A stretch of 63,958 bases of DNA, the filler included, from Vicugna vicugna (Eukaryota), in assembly GCA_013265495.1 (NCBI GenBank). It is 71 parts of 70 records of this genome, joined end to end, with 100 filler letters (N's around TTAATTAATTAA, not from the genome) between each part and the next. Parts side by side here need not be neighbours in the genome. Positions count along the whole stretch, not along the records: positions 24,229 to 25,002 come from PNXW01000969.1; positions 25,103 to 26,219 come from MU057601.1; positions 26,320 to 26,750 come from PNXW01000975.1; positions 26,851 to 27,321 come from PNXW01000981.1; positions 27,422 to 28,303 come from MU057604.1; positions 28,404 to 29,709 come from MU057605.1; positions 29,810 to 30,519 come from MU057606.1; positions 30,620 to 31,324 come from PNXW01000992.1; 63 more parts are not named here. One strand, 5' to 3'. The position numbers and the translations under genes were made by a program. A model generated the notes under the pieces. The model searched no databases, was not told the origin of the DNA, and saw nothing but the letters and a program-made list of their open reading frames with translations. Shown here piece by piece: positions 24,415-37,495 of this stretch. Position 1 is the stretch's first letter, and each line of letters opens with the position of its first letter.

Positions 24415-25102
24415 CTACAAAAAATGGCAAAGGAAAGGTCAGAAATAGGAGTGATAAAAGACATGGAAGTGCTGGAAATGGATCCTCAATCTCCTCCTCC
24501 CTATTTGAGCGCCTCACAATTGTCCCACTCTGACAGTGCTGTTCATTGTTTATAACGGAGTCTTTAAAATCAGACTGATCTTTTATAGGACATGCTTTTA
24601 TCCTGGTCCCTTTCCTGCTAGTAGTCACCGTCATGGGCAGAAAGTGCCTGACTGGGCTCTGTTTGTCACGTTGGTGGGAGGGAAAATGGGAGAGGGAGCG
24701 TGTTGAACTGAAGCCGAGCTATTTACAGCTCTGTTGTTCTAGGATCAGAGCAGTTCCACTCTTGCTTTCATCACCTCTCCACCTCCGAGTCCAGCCACCC
24801 ACTCCTGCCTGCTTCCCCACATGCCACGTCCTGGGGGAGGACAGGAGTGGTGGGCAATGCCCCCTCCGCCCTCCGCTCTGGGAGGTGCAGGGGTCTGCTT
24901 TAACTTTTGAGCTGTTTTGGTAATTGGGCATTTTCAGCTTTTCTTGACATCTCCTTCCCAGCTCTGAGAAATTGGAGATGTAACTTAACCGTACATGGAC
25001 TANNNNNNNNNNNNNNNNNNNNNNNNNNNNNNNNNNNNNNNNNNNNTTAATTAATTAANNNNNNNNNNNNNNNNNNNNNNNNNNNNNNNNNNNNNNNNNN
25101 NN

Positions 25103-26219
25103 CACACTTTGATCCCAATAAAACCCTCTTGGCGAGAATTCTACCCTTGTGATATGTAATTTGGATAGATTCCATCTACATTATATTCCGTTTTCCTTAC
25201 ATGCTACATATATGATGGATTTGACAAACATGCATTTTGAGTAGAGAGCATGTTGATTACTAACCTTTCATCCTCTATAAAAGCAATAATTTCATCTAGA
25301 CTCGTGTACACATTTACACAAGCTTTCCCTAAAACCAGTTTCAACTCGNNNNNNNNNNNNNNNNNNNNNNNNNNNNNNNNNNNNNNNNNNNNNNNNNNNN
25401 NNNNNNNNNNNNNNNNNNNNNNNNNNNNNNNNNNNNNNNNNNNNNNNNNNNNNNNNNNNNNNNNNNNNNNNNNNNNNNNNNNNNNNNNNNNNNNNNNNNN
25501 NNNNNNNNNNNNNNNNNNNNNNNNNNNNNNNNNNNNNNNNNNNNNNNNNNNNNNNNNNNNNNNNNNNNNNNNNNNNNNNNNNNNNNNNNNNNNNNNNNNN
25601 NNNNNNNNNNNNNNNNNNNNNNNNNNNNNNNNNNNNNNNNNNNNNNNNNNNNNTTTACATAACCATGACATTCTGTATTACGAACATGTTTCATGCATCA
25701 CGGATTCCTCAAACATGCATTTCTGAGTTGTGAATATGCGCATGACTGATGTTTCAACCACCAAACTAGTTACCAATGCACTTGAAATATTTACTTTGAC
25801 TTCGTAGATTCTTCCTATCACCAGTTACAAGAATCAGACTTTGATCCCACAAAAACCCTCTTCGAGCGATTGGTAACATAGAGAAATGTAATTTGAATAG
25901 ATTACATCTAAGTAATATTCCGTGTTCCGTACATGCTACATACATAACGGATTCGACAAACATGCCTTCCTGAGTTTAGGGCTTCTGGATTACTAATCTT
26001 TCATCCTGTATAAAAGGAATATTTTCATCTAGACACGTGTACACATTTTAACAAGCTTTCCCTAACACCAGGTTCGAATTTGTGCATTTTTCACAGAAAA
26101 ATAGTTCTGGAGCGATTTCCACCTCACAGAGGTGTAATTTATATGATTTCCAACAACATGGCATTATGGGTTCAGTACATGATACATGCATGACGGATTC
26201 GGAAATCATACGTTTCTGG
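25103..26219 (-). repeat. Satellite B
   Basis: AAACATGC at 25711 and 25958 (247 bp apart); next subunit at ~26203. Confidence 0.9.
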
Positions 26220-26319
26220 NNNNNNNNNNNNNNNNNNNNNNNNNNNNNNNNNNNNNNNNNNNNTTAATTAATTAANNNNNNNNNNNNNNNNNNNNNNNNN
26301 NNNNNNNNNNNNNNNNNNN

Positions 26320-26750
26320 GTGGTGATAGTGTGCATCCTTGCCTTGTCCCAGATTTTATTGGGACGATTTTATCTTTCTCACCATTGAGTACTATGCTGG
26401 CTGTAGGTTTGTAATCTATAGCATTCATGATGCTGAGATATGTTGCCTCTATTCCCACTTTGGTGAGACTATCTATTGTAAGTGTGTGTTGAATTTTATC
26501 AAATGCTTTTCCTGCATCTTTTGAGATGATCATGGGGTTTTGTTCCTTTCTCTTGTTGATGTGCTGCATTACATTGATTGATTTGCATATGTTGAACTAC
26601 CCCTTTGTCCCTGGCATGATCCCCACCTGGCATGAACCTGGTCATGATGTATAATTTTTTTTCTATGTTGTTGGATTCTATTTGCTAATATTTAGGTGAG
26701 AATTATGGCATCTGTGTTCATCAGTGATATTGGCTTCTAATTCTCTTGTT
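26320..26750 (-). mobile_element. L1 ORF2 reverse-transcriptase fragment
   Basis: [26 protein letters not shown]...[12 protein letters not shown]. Confidence 0.95.
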
Positions 26751-27421
26751 NNNNNNNNNNNNNNNNNNNNNNNNNNNNNNNNNNNNNNNNNNNNTTAATT
26801 AATTAANNNNNNNNNNNNNNNNNNNNNNNNNNNNNNNNNNNNNNNNNNNNCATAATATGTGTATGAATAAGGTTTGCCCAATCACCCAGAAATTTCCACC
26901 AACAGGCTTGTTATACTCAGTTGAGCTCTCCATCCCTGCATTGAAAGAAATCTCCTGGCCTATTGGGAAAATTTGAACAGAACAATCTGGATTTACGCTC
27001 CTTAAAAGGATTCCCCAAATGCACTCTCAGTACATATATCATCTTCAGTTACCCCCATGAACATAACCACAAATGCTTCTAATGTCAACTTTACTTTTCA
27101 AGATAGTTTAGAAAACCTCTCAGCACTTCTATTTCCATCGGCTCCCACTGAACATGAGTTCAGAATTCACAAGCAGAGTATTCATCACACAGCCCTGTGA
27201 ATATCAGCCCTTTCTTGGTTAGTTAGGAATGAGTGAGTTTTCTTGTATCTCAGTTTCCACCGGGGTGTTATGAGGTCACAGCAGATACTGCCTTGTTTTG
27301 TCCTCATGAGGATGGAGTGGGNNNNNNNNNNNNNNNNNNNNNNNNNNNNNNNNNNNNNNNNNNNNTTAATTAATTAANNNNNNNNNNNNNNNNNNNNNNN
27401 NNNNNNNNNNNNNNNNNNNNN

Positions 27422-28303
27422 TAAGGGCAGTGAATGTGTTAAACCAAATCCCAAACATTGGAACAGATGTGCCCCCATAAAGATACGTGGAATGTCTTTC
27501 CCAGCTCCAGAACTCATACGAAGACTTTCAGATATTCTTAGTGTGGGGGGGGCTCCTGAAAATGACAGCAGCGCCTGGGTTCTAATAGAATCCCTTAGCT
27601 TGTACTAAGAGTNNNNNNNNNNNNNNNNNNNNNNNNNNNNNNNNNNNNNNNNNNNNNNNNNNNNNNNNNNNNNNNNNNNNNNNNNNNNNNNNNNNNNNNN
27701 NNNNNNNNNNNNNNNNNNNNNNNNNNNNNNNNNNNNNNNNNNNNNNNNNNNNNNNNNNNNNNNNNNNNNNNNNNNNNNNNNNNNNNNNNNNNNNNNNNNN
27801 NNNNNNNNNNNNNNNNNNNNNNNNNNNNNNNNNNNNNNNNNNNNNNNNNNNNNNNNNNNNNNNNNNNNNNNNNNNNNNNNNNNNNNNNNNNNNNNGGGGG
27901 AAAGTGAGGTTTGGGCTCTTAAAACAAGTATTAACGAGTTCCTCTCCATGTGCTATGCAGGTGTTTAACCTACATCCCCCAAACTCTGAATGCCTGTGCC
28001 AATGAAATATGCTTGGTCTCTGTTTTCCCACCTCCAGCACACTGACGAAGTGTTCTCGTGTCTTGAGTGTGGGGAGGATCTTCCAACTTACAGCAGCATC
28101 TGGGACATTAAAGTATCACTAAGCTTGACTTCCCTGAGTGTCTACCTTAGCCACATTCTGAGCAATCGTGGGGTCTGGGCTCTTAATCCAAGTATTATCG
28201 TGTGCATCTCTATGGGAATTATTGGTGTTAAATAACATCCCTAACCTGTGAAAAACTTTGCCCCCATAAATATAAGTGGACTCAATTTCCCCTCATCCAG
28301 TAC
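27422..28303 (+). repeat. Satellite C
   Basis: TGACAGCAGCGCCTGGGTTCTAATAGAATCCCTTAGCTTG. Confidence 0.87.
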
Positions 28304-28403
28304 NNNNNNNNNNNNNNNNNNNNNNNNNNNNNNNNNNNNNNNNNNNNTTAATTAATTAANNNNNNNNNNNNNNNNNNNNNNNNNNNNNNNNNNNNNNNNN
28401 NNN

Positions 28404-29709
28404 AAACCGGCACTAGGAAACAGTTTGAGAAACCAGAGTAAGGGTTTCCCCAACAACCCGTTCCCTTGTGCTGGATGAAAGAACGTCTCAACACATGCTC
28501 AGTTCTGAGAGATATGTGTGTTTTAAAGCCATCCTTCACGTAACTTGAAGGGAACACAAATTTTCTATTCAGTTGCAAACTCCAGTCCTTACATATATAA
28601 GGGGAGGAATAAACTCCAACTCGGTTTTACAGTGCAAACCGCAGGAACATCAAACAGGCACTAGGAAACAGACTGAGAAACCAGAGTAATTGTTTATTCT
28701 GCAACCCGTTCCCTTTGTGCTGGATGAACGAACGTCTCACCACATGCTCAGTTCTGAGAGATAAGTGTGTGTGAAAGCCGTACTTCACCTAGCTTGAAGG
28801 GAACACAAAGTTTCNNNNNNNNNNNNNNNNNNNNNNNNNNNNNNNNNNNNNNNNNNNNNNNNNNNNNNNNNNNNNNNNNNNNNNNNNNNNNNNNNNNNNN
28901 NNNNNNNNNNNNNNNNNNNNNNNNNNNNNNNNNNNNNNNNNNNNNNNNNNNNNNNNNNNNNNNNNNNNNNNNNNNNNNNNNNNNNNNNNNNNNNNNNNNN
29001 NNNNNNNNNNNNNNNNNNNNNNNNNNNNNNNNNNNNNNNNNNNNNNNNNNNNNNNNNNNNNNNNNNNNNNNNNNNNNNNNNNNNNNNNNNNNNNNNNNNN
29101 NNNNNNNNNNNNNNNNNNNNNNNNNNNNNNNNNNNNNNNNNNNNNNNNNNNNNNNNNNNNNNNNNNNNNNNNNNNNNNNNNNNNNNNNNNNNNNNNNNNN
29201 NNNNNNNNNNNNNNNNNNNNNNNNNNNNNNNNNNNNNNNNNNNNNNNNNNNNNNNNNNNNNNNNNNNNNNNNNNNNNNNNNNNNNNNNNNNNNNNNNNNN
29301 NNNNNNNNNNNNNNNNNNNNNNNNNNNNNNNNNNNNNNNNNNNNNNNNNNNNNNNNNNNNNNNNNNNNNNNNNNNNNNNNNNNNNNNNNNNNNNNNNNNN
29401 NNNNNNNNNNNNNNNNTGAGAATCCAGAGTAAGTGTTTCTCATACAACCCGTTCCCTTTGTGCTGGATGAACGAACGTCTCTCCACATGCTCAGTTCTGA
29501 GAGAAATGTGTGTGTGAAAGCCGTCCTTCGCCTAGCTTCAAGGGAACACAAAGTGCCTTTTCAGTTGCAAACTCCACAACATACATATACATTGGGAGGT
29601 ACAAGCTCAAACTCGGTTTTACAGTGCAAACCGCAGGAACTTCAAACCGGCATAAGGAAACAATTAGAGAAACCAGAGTAAGGGTTTCTCCTGCAAACCG
29701 TTCCCTTTG
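28404..29709 (-). repeat. Satellite E
   Basis: Reverse complement of the 18893-20209 monomer (CACTAGGAAACAG...CCACATGCTCAGTTCTGAGAG). Confidence 0.93.
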
Positions 29710-29809
29710 NNNNNNNNNNNNNNNNNNNNNNNNNNNNNNNNNNNNNNNNNNNNTTAATTAATTAANNNNNNNNNNNNNNNNNNNNNNNNNNNNNNNNNNN
29801 NNNNNNNNN

Positions 29810-29885
29810 ATTGACTACACTTCAATAAAAAATAATTTTAAAAAATAAGTAAAATAAAAGCAACGTCATTAAGAAAAAAAATAAA
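29810..29885 (+). mobile_element. L1 3' terminus and A-rich tail
   Basis: TTGACTACACTTCAATAAAAAA matches the terminus seen at ~42538-42556. Confidence 0.65.
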
Positions 29886-30391
29886 AGAACACTCTAATCC
29901 CCTTAGCTGTAGGTGGTGGAGAATTCTGGTTGCAAGCACCGAGTCCACTGGATCACTCCAGCACTGTCTGTCACTCTTTCTGACAATCAGAGAGTCACTT
30001 GGCTTCACTGACGTTAATTTTCTCTTCTGTGAAAGGCTACANNNNNNNNNNNNNNNNNNNNNNNNNNNNNNNNNNNNNNNNNNNNNNNNNNNNNNNNNNN
30101 NNNNNNNNNNNNNNNNNNNNNNNNNNNNNNNNNNNNNNNNNNNNNNNNNNNNNNNNNNNNNNNNNNNNNNNNNNNNNNNNNNNNNNNNNNNNNNNNNNNN
30201 NNNNNNNNNNNNNNNNNNNNNNNNNNNNNNNNNNNNNNNNNNNNNNNNNNNNNNNNNNNNNNNNNNNNNNNNNNNNNNNNNNNNNNNNNNNNNNNNNNNN
30301 NNNNNNNNNNNNNNNNNNNNNNNNNNNNNNNNNNNNNNNNNNNNNNNNNNNNNNNNNNNNNNNNNNNNNNNNNNNNNNNNNNNNNNNNNNN

Positions 30392-30510
30392 CTGGAATAA
30401 TAATGGTTGCACAAATGTGAATATGCTAAAAGCTGCTGAATTGTACCATTTAAATGAATGGACTTAATGGTGTTTGAACAAAATCACAATAAAGCTGGTA
30501 TATGAAAAAA
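30392..30510 (+). mobile_element. Old L1M 3' end
   Basis: ATGGTTGCACAAATGTGAATATGCTAAAA...CTGAATTGTAC...AATAAAGCTG. Confidence 0.7.
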
Positions 30511-30619
30511 TATTTCTTGNNNNNNNNNNNNNNNNNNNNNNNNNNNNNNNNNNNNNNNNNNNNTTAATTAATTAANNNNNNNNNNNNNNNNNNNNNNNNN
30601 NNNNNNNNNNNNNNNNNNN

Positions 30620-31324
30620 AGATCCGTGGAGTCTGTTTCCAGACCTCCAGCACACACACGAAGAAGTGTTCTGAGGGTGGGGAGGTTCCTCCAACAGACA
30701 GCAGCACCTGGGTTCGAATAGAATCCCTTAGCTTGACTTCCCTAAGTGTTTTCCTAGGCCTAGCAGTGAGCGATGGTGGGGGATGGGCTCTAAAGCCAAG
30801 TATTAGAGAGTGCATCTCTGTGGGCAGTGGAGGGTTTGAAACTACTTCCCCAACCTTGGAACACCTGTGCCCCCATAAAGATGAGTGGACTCTGTTTCCC
30901 CCCTGCAGCACACACACGGAGACGTGGTCAGGTATCCTGATAGTGGGGAGGCTCCTCCCCATGTCAGCAGAGCCTGGGTTCTAATAGAATCATTTAGATT
31001 GTTTTCCTTGAGTGTTTCCCTAGGCTGAGCTTAGAGGGAAAGCTGGGAGTTTGGCTTGAAGGCCATGTAGCAGTAACTGCCCCCTGATGGAATGTGGAAG
31101 TATTTAGATGACTTCTCCCTAATGGGGAACAAGTGTGACCCCATTCATCTACTTGGATTTTGGCTCCACTTCTCCCCGCCAAAAAATGTTGGGTTCCGGA
31201 ATCCTGAGTTTTCGGACGTTCCTCCTACTGTCAGCAGCGCTTGTGTATAATCTCACTTGCATTCCCTGATGATTTGCTAATGCTGGAGTGCAGGGGAATG
31301 TGGGGTTTCGTCTCTAATACCAAG
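30620..31324 (+). repeat. Satellite C
   Basis: Three diverged CTGA.(G/T)GTGGGGAGG.TCCTCC monomer anchors. Confidence 0.88.
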
Positions 31325-31424
31325 NNNNNNNNNNNNNNNNNNNNNNNNNNNNNNNNNNNNNNNNNNNNTTAATTAATTAANNNNNNNNNNNNNNNNNNNN
31401 NNNNNNNNNNNNNNNNNNNNNNNN

Positions 31425-32334
31425 GAACTCCCAGTCTGTCCCTTCCCAACACCCTCCCCACTGGCAACCCCAAGTTTGTATTCTATGACTATGAGTCTCT
31501 TTCTCTTTTGTATTTATATTCATTTGTCTCTTTCTTTTCTTTTTTTAGATTCCACATATGAGTGATATCATATGGTATTTTTCTTTCTCTTCTGGCTTAC
31601 TTCACTTAGAATGACATTCCCCAGGGACACCCATGTTCCTGCAAATGGCATTATGTTGTAATTTTTATGGCTGAATAGTATTCCATTGTATAATTCCATT
31701 GTATAAATATACCACCTTTTCTTTATCGAGTCATCTGTCGATGGACATTTAGGCTGTTTCCATCTCTTGGCTATTGTAAATAGTGCTACTGTGAACATTG
31801 GGGTACAGGTGTCTTTTTCAATTTGGGTTCTTTCTTGACATACACCCAGGAGTTAAATTGCTGGGTCATATGGTAAGTCTATTCCTAGTCTTTTGAGGAA
31901 TCTCCATACTGTTTTCCACAGTGGCTGCACCAAACTGCATTCCCACCAGCAATGTAGGAGGGTTCCCCTTTCTCCACAGCCTCTCCAGCATTTGTCATTT
32001 GTGGATTTTTGAATGATGGCCATTCTGACTGGTGTGAGGGGNNNNNNNNNNNNNNNNNNNNNNNNNNNNNNNNNNNNNNNNNNNNNNNNNNNNNNNNNNN
32101 NNNNNNNNNNNNNNNNNNNNNNNNNNNNNNNNNNNNNNNNNNNNNNNNNNNNNNNNNNNNNNNNCTGCCCATTTTTGGGTTGTTTATTTTTTTCTTATTG
32201 AGTCGTATGAGCTGCTTATACATTCTGGAGATCAAGCCTTTGACAGTTTCATTGTTTGCAAAAATTTTCTCTCATTCCATAGGTTGTCATTTTCTTTTAC
32301 TTATGGTTTCCTTTGCTGTGCAGAAGCTTGTAAG
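31425..32334 (-). mobile_element. L1 ORF2 C-terminus and 3' UTR
   Basis: MFTVALFTIAKRWKQPKCPSTDD and ISRMYKQLIRLNKKK. Confidence 0.95.
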
Positions 32335-32434
32335 NNNNNNNNNNNNNNNNNNNNNNNNNNNNNNNNNNNNNNNNNNNNTTAATTAATTAANNNNNNNNNN
32401 NNNNNNNNNNNNNNNNNNNNNNNNNNNNNNNNNN

Positions 32435-33224
32435 AAAGAAACTTTGTGTTCCCTTCAAGCTATATGAAGGACGGCATTCACACACACTTATCTGTCATAC
32501 CTGAGCATGTGGAGAGACGTTCGTTTATCCAGCACAAAAGGAACGGGTTGCAAGTGAAACCCTTACTCTGGTTTCTCAGTCTGTTTCCTAGTATCGGTTG
32601 GAACTGCCTGCCGTTTTCACTGTAAAACCGAGTTGGAGTTTGTACCTCCCCATATATATGTATGGAATGGAGTTGGCAAATGAAAAGAAACTTTGTGTTC
32701 CCTTCAAGCTAGGTGAAGGACGGCTTTCNNNNNNNNNNNNNNNNNNNNNNNNNNNNNNNNNNNNNNNNNNNNNNNNNNNNNNNNNNNNNNNNNNNNNNNN
32801 NNNNNNNNNNNNNNNNNNNNNNNNNNNNNNNNNNNNNNNNNNNNNNNNNNNNNNNNNNNNNNNNNNNNNNNNNNNNNNNNNNNNNNNNNNNNNNNNNNNN
32901 NNNNNNNNNNNNNNNNNNNNNNNNNNNNNNNNNNNNNNNNNNNNNNNNNNNNNNNNNNNNNNNNNNNNNNNNNNNNNNNNNNNNNNNNNNNNNNNNNNNN
33001 NNNNNNNNNNNNNNNNNNNNNNNNNNNNNNNNNNNNNNNNNNNNNNNNNNNNNNNNNNNNNNNNNNNNNNNNNNNNNNNNGCCGGTTTGAAGTGCCTGCC
33101 ATTTTTCACTGTAAAACCGTGTTGGAGCTTGTAGCTCCCCATATATATGTATGGAGTGGAGTTTGCAACTGGAAAGAATCTTTGTGTTGACTTCAAGCTA
33201 GGTGAAGGACGGCTTTCACACACA
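32435..33224 (+). repeat. Satellite E
   Basis: AAAGAAACTTTGTGTTCCCTTCAAGC at 32435 and 32684 (249 bp apart). Confidence 0.93.
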
Positions 33225-34135
33225 NNNNNNNNNNNNNNNNNNNNNNNNNNNNNNNNNNNNNNNNNNNNTTAATTAATTAANNNNNNNNNNNNNNNNNNNN
33301 NNNNNNNNNNNNNNNNNNNNNNNNACAAGCACTTAAAAAAACAAAAAACCCAAAGAAACTAAGCACATATATCATGTACCTGGATAAATGAGACCTCATG
33401 TACTGCTGGAAGAAAGAACAGGCTATAGCCTTTTACTTGAAAAATAAAACTACTTTTAAAGATAACTGCTAAAACACATTTCATCATTCATGTTGCCTTG
33501 AAAAATCTGAGGCACTTGTCTCTGAACAGAAAAGCAATTCTATGTAATAGTAGGTTACAATTCAGTGCCAGTTTGCTTTAGAAGAAAAGAGAAAAGAAAA
33601 GCTACTGTTTCTCATATCCTGCATAAAGTGTGAAGTGCCTCCCTGCCTTTCTCCTCCCATTTTCTAAGCTCACGCTCCCCAACACTTCTGAAACATTTAT
33701 GAGAATGACTTATTCCCACCAATATGCCAAATGACAAAAGAATATCAAGTTATTTGTGTAAATATAAGCCTACAGCTTAAACTAGAGGAGAAATATATAT
33801 GGAACTTATTTCTACCTTCCTGAAATCACACACAAAAACGTTCACACAGACACAGACATATTCCCCCTGGATTAATGGGCACTTCACAAGCTTAGGATCT
33901 ACAACTTCTAGAAGATGACTTTGTAGTTAGTTAAAAATACAAAACTGTCAGCTTTTGAAAGCCTAGATCATCTGCTAAACCATACAAATGTCAAAAAGAC
34001 CCAATTAGCCTTCTCTGTAGAATGTAATTTCCCATNNNNNNNNNNNNNNNNNNNNNNNNNNNNNNNNNNNNNNNNNNNNTTAATTAATTAANNNNNNNNN
34101 NNNNNNNNNNNNNNNNNNNNNNNNNNNNNNNNNNN

Positions 34136-34554
34136 GGCTACAGAGCTGAGGAGACTTTGGGGCCGATCCCCGGCTCGGAGATGGAGCTTCCAAACCGCGG
34201 TCCAGCTGGCTCGCAGGAAGGCCAGCGATCCTCTCTGTGTTCTGCTAGAGAAGGTGGGGCAGCGAGGAAGAAAGAAGATGGGAGGGGGAGGAGAGGAGGG
34301 GAAAAGTGGAGGGAGGCAGATGGACATGAAGAGCGGAGAGAAGAGAGGGATCTGGATAGGGGAGGGTCTTAGCGAAGAGAAAAAGCTTTACCTCTGGGGG
34401 CACCCCAAAGGAGGCAGCAATACTGCCTCTGTACCCTTCTGTAACCTTTCAAGACCCGCAGCTGAAGTTTTACCTCGCTGGTCCAGCCCTCCACCCGATG
34501 CCCCCACGCGGAGCTTGGTTTTCTGTTGCTCTGGGAACCAAGCATCCTCAGGTG
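34136..34554 (+). repeat. GC/purine-rich dispersed segment, paralogous to 60334-60789
   Basis: Shared blocks GGCCAGCGATCCTCTCTG, CTGCCTCTGTACCCTTCTGTAACC and GGTTTTCTGTTGCTCTG..AACCAAGCA. Confidence 0.85.
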
Positions 34555-34934
34555 TTGTCGCTCAGAACTAACTTGGGAAGAGTACATATTCCCCTTTTAC
34601 ACGCTGGGAAACAAGCAGGCACGATTTCTNNNNNNNNNNNNNNNNNNNNNNNNNNNNNNNNNNNNNNNNNNNNNNNNNNNNNNNNNNNNNNNNNNNNNNN
34701 NNNNNNNNNNNNNNNNNNNNNNNNNNNNNNNNNNNNNNNNNNNNNNNNNNNNNNNNNNNNNNNNNNNNNNNNNNNNNNNNNNNNNNNNNNNNNNNNNNNN
34801 NNNNNNNNNNNNNNNNNNNNNNNNNNNNNNNNNNNNNNNNNNNNNNNNNNNNNNNNNNNNNNNNNNNNNNNNNNNNNNNNNNNNNNNNNNNNNNNNNNNN
34901 NNNNNNNNNNNNNNNNNNNNNNNNNNNNNNNNNN

Positions 34935-35222
34935 ACCTGGCTAACAAGCTAACTCGTAAATCCAAGCTCAACATGTGTCAGTAACGTGATCTATTACAAG
35001 TTGATAAGCTCCAGTGTACTGATTCCTTGCTTTTTGTTGTTTGAGCCTTATTGGCTAATACCCCCTTATTTGTAATTAACCCTTTAAAACCTCATGTGCA
35101 CGTCTTGGAACTACTCAGAACTTCGGAGCAGAAGCCCCTCTAAGCCCGCGGCATAATAAATCTGAGTACTCCAACACTCCGATTGGTGCTTGTATCTTGG
35201 CTGGCCTGTTATTTCCGAAACT
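34935..35222 (+). mobile_element. Probable ERV LTR (U3/R/U5 part)
   Basis: TATA-like CCCTTTAAAA at ~35080 and AATAAA at 35155-35160, with LTR-like spacing and composition. Confidence 0.5.
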
Positions 35223-35362
35223 CTCAGTTCCAGTGCCCAGCTTGCTAGGTAGATAGGAGTGTNNNNNNNNNNNNNNNNNNNNNNNNNNNNNNNNNNNNNN
35301 NNNNNNTTAATTAATTAANNNNNNNNNNNNNNNNNNNNNNNNNNNNNNNNNNNNNNNNNNNN

Positions 35363-36531
35363 GTAACCTATATTCTAAATTCTGAGTTATAATTCTAAAT
35401 TCTTATCACTATATTCAGTATTTTGTTTCCTATATCCTAAATTCTGTGTTCTGCATTCCATGTTCTAAATTCTGGGTTCTATATCCTATATTCTATATTC
35501 TATATTCTGTGTTCTAAATTCTATATTCTAAATTCTATATTTACTATCCCGTATTCTATATTGTATATTCTGGGTTCTGCATTCCATGTTCTATAATCCA
35601 TATTCGGTATTCTGTATTCTATATACTAAATACTGAATTCTGCTTTCCATGTTCTAAATTCTGGGTTGAATATATTCTATTCTATATTCTATATACTGTG
35701 TTCATCCTTCTATATACTATATTCTNNNNNNNNNNNNNNNNNNNNNNNNNNNNNNNNNNNNNNNNNNNNNNNNNNNNNNNNNNNNNNNNNNNNNNNNNNN
35801 NNNNNNNNNNNNNNNNNNNNNNNNNNNNNNNNNNNNNNNNNNNNNNNNNNNNNNNNNNNNNNNNNNNNNNNNNNNNNNNNNNNNNNNNNNNNNNNNNNNN
35901 NNNNNNNNNNNNNNNNNNNNNNNNNNNNNNNNNNNNNNNNNNNNNNNNNNNNNNNNNNNNNNNNNNNNNNNNNNNNNNNNNNNNNNNNNNNNNNNNNNNN
36001 NNNNNNNNNNNNNNNNNNNATGTTCTAAATTCTATATTCAGTATTGTGTATACTATATTCTAAATTCTGTGTTTTCCTTCCATGTTCTAAATTCTGGATT
36101 CTATATTTTCTATTCTATATTTCAAATTCTGTGTTCTACATTCTTTATTCCTAATTCCATATTCAGTATTCTTTATTTTATAATCTGAATTCTGGGTTCT
36201 GCATTCCAAGTTCTAAATTCTGTGTTCTGTATTCTGGTTTCCATATTCTAAATTCTATGTTCTACATTCTATATTTTGTATTCTATATCTGCATTCCGTA
36301 TTCTATATNNNNNNNNNNNNNNNNNNNNNNNNNNNNNNNNNNNNNNNNNNNNNNNNNNNNNNNNNNNNNNNNNNNNNNNNNNNNNNNNNNNNNNNNNNNN
36401 NNNNNNNNNNNNNNNTAAATTCTGGGTTTTCTGTTTTCCTTATTCTAAATTCTGTGTTCTACATTCGATATACTGTATTCCATTTACTGCTTTCCGTGTT
36501 CTATATTCTATATTCTGTGTTTTACGTTCTA
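35363..36531 (+). repeat. Satellite A
   Basis: Heptamer periodicity. Confidence 0.93.
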
Positions 36532-36631
36532 NNNNNNNNNNNNNNNNNNNNNNNNNNNNNNNNNNNNNNNNNNNNTTAATTAATTAANNNNNNNNNNNNN
36601 NNNNNNNNNNNNNNNNNNNNNNNNNNNNNNN

Positions 36632-37120
36632 TATTGGTATTGTTGATGGTGTCCCACCTATCTCTGACACAGTGTTAATTTTTTTTCATTCCTTTTAATT
36701 TCTGTTCCACAGACAGGATAATCTCAGTAGTTTTAATTTAACTGACTTTTTCTTCAACAAGTTCATATCTACAGAGAAACCACTTATTGAAGTTTTTATT
36801 TTAGTCATTATATTTGTATCCCTAGAATTTCTAGTTGGTTTTTATTATAAATTTTATTTATTGTTATTCTCTGTACAATGAGATGAGCACATAATTTAAT
36901 CCTTTAGGAATGGTTTCTGTTAGTATTTTGAACATATGTGTAATTGCTTATTTATGTCTTTGTCTAGTATGTCCAGTGTCTGGGCTACCTCAGGGAGTTT
37001 CTGTTGACTACTTTTTCCCCGTCTGTTATGACCAAACTTTTCTGTTTCTTTGTACATCTTCTAATTTTCTGTTGAAAACTGGACATTTAAAATATTACAA
37101 TGTGGCAGATCTGAAAGCCT
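36632..37120 (-). mobile_element. Ancient L1M 5'/ORF1 remnant
   Basis: TTGATGGTGTCCCAC...TCTCTGA...AGAATTTCTAGTTGGTTTTTT...TGAAAACTGGACATTT motifs. Confidence 0.65.
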
Positions 37121-37495
37121 GATTTTCCTCATCTCCAGGGTTTATCNNNNNNNNNNNNNNNNNNNNNNNNNNNNNNNNNNNNNNNNNNNNNNNNNNNNNN
37201 NNNNNNNNNNNNNNNNNNNNNNNNNNNNNNNNNNNNNNNNNNNNNNNNNNNNNNNNNNNNNNNNNNNNNNNNNNNNNNNNNNNNNNNNNNNNNNNNNNNN
37301 NNNNNNNGGAGCCAATCAGCTGTTGCCTGGTGGCTGTGTGTCCACGTGCAGAGGGATGCCCTCAGCACCGGCATGCAGTCAGCAGCTCTTCCGTANNNNN
37401 NNNNNNNNNNNNNNNNNNNNNNNNNNNNNNNNNNNNNNNTTAATTAATTAANNNNNNNNNNNNNNNNNNNNNNNNNNNNNNNNNNNNNNNNNNNN

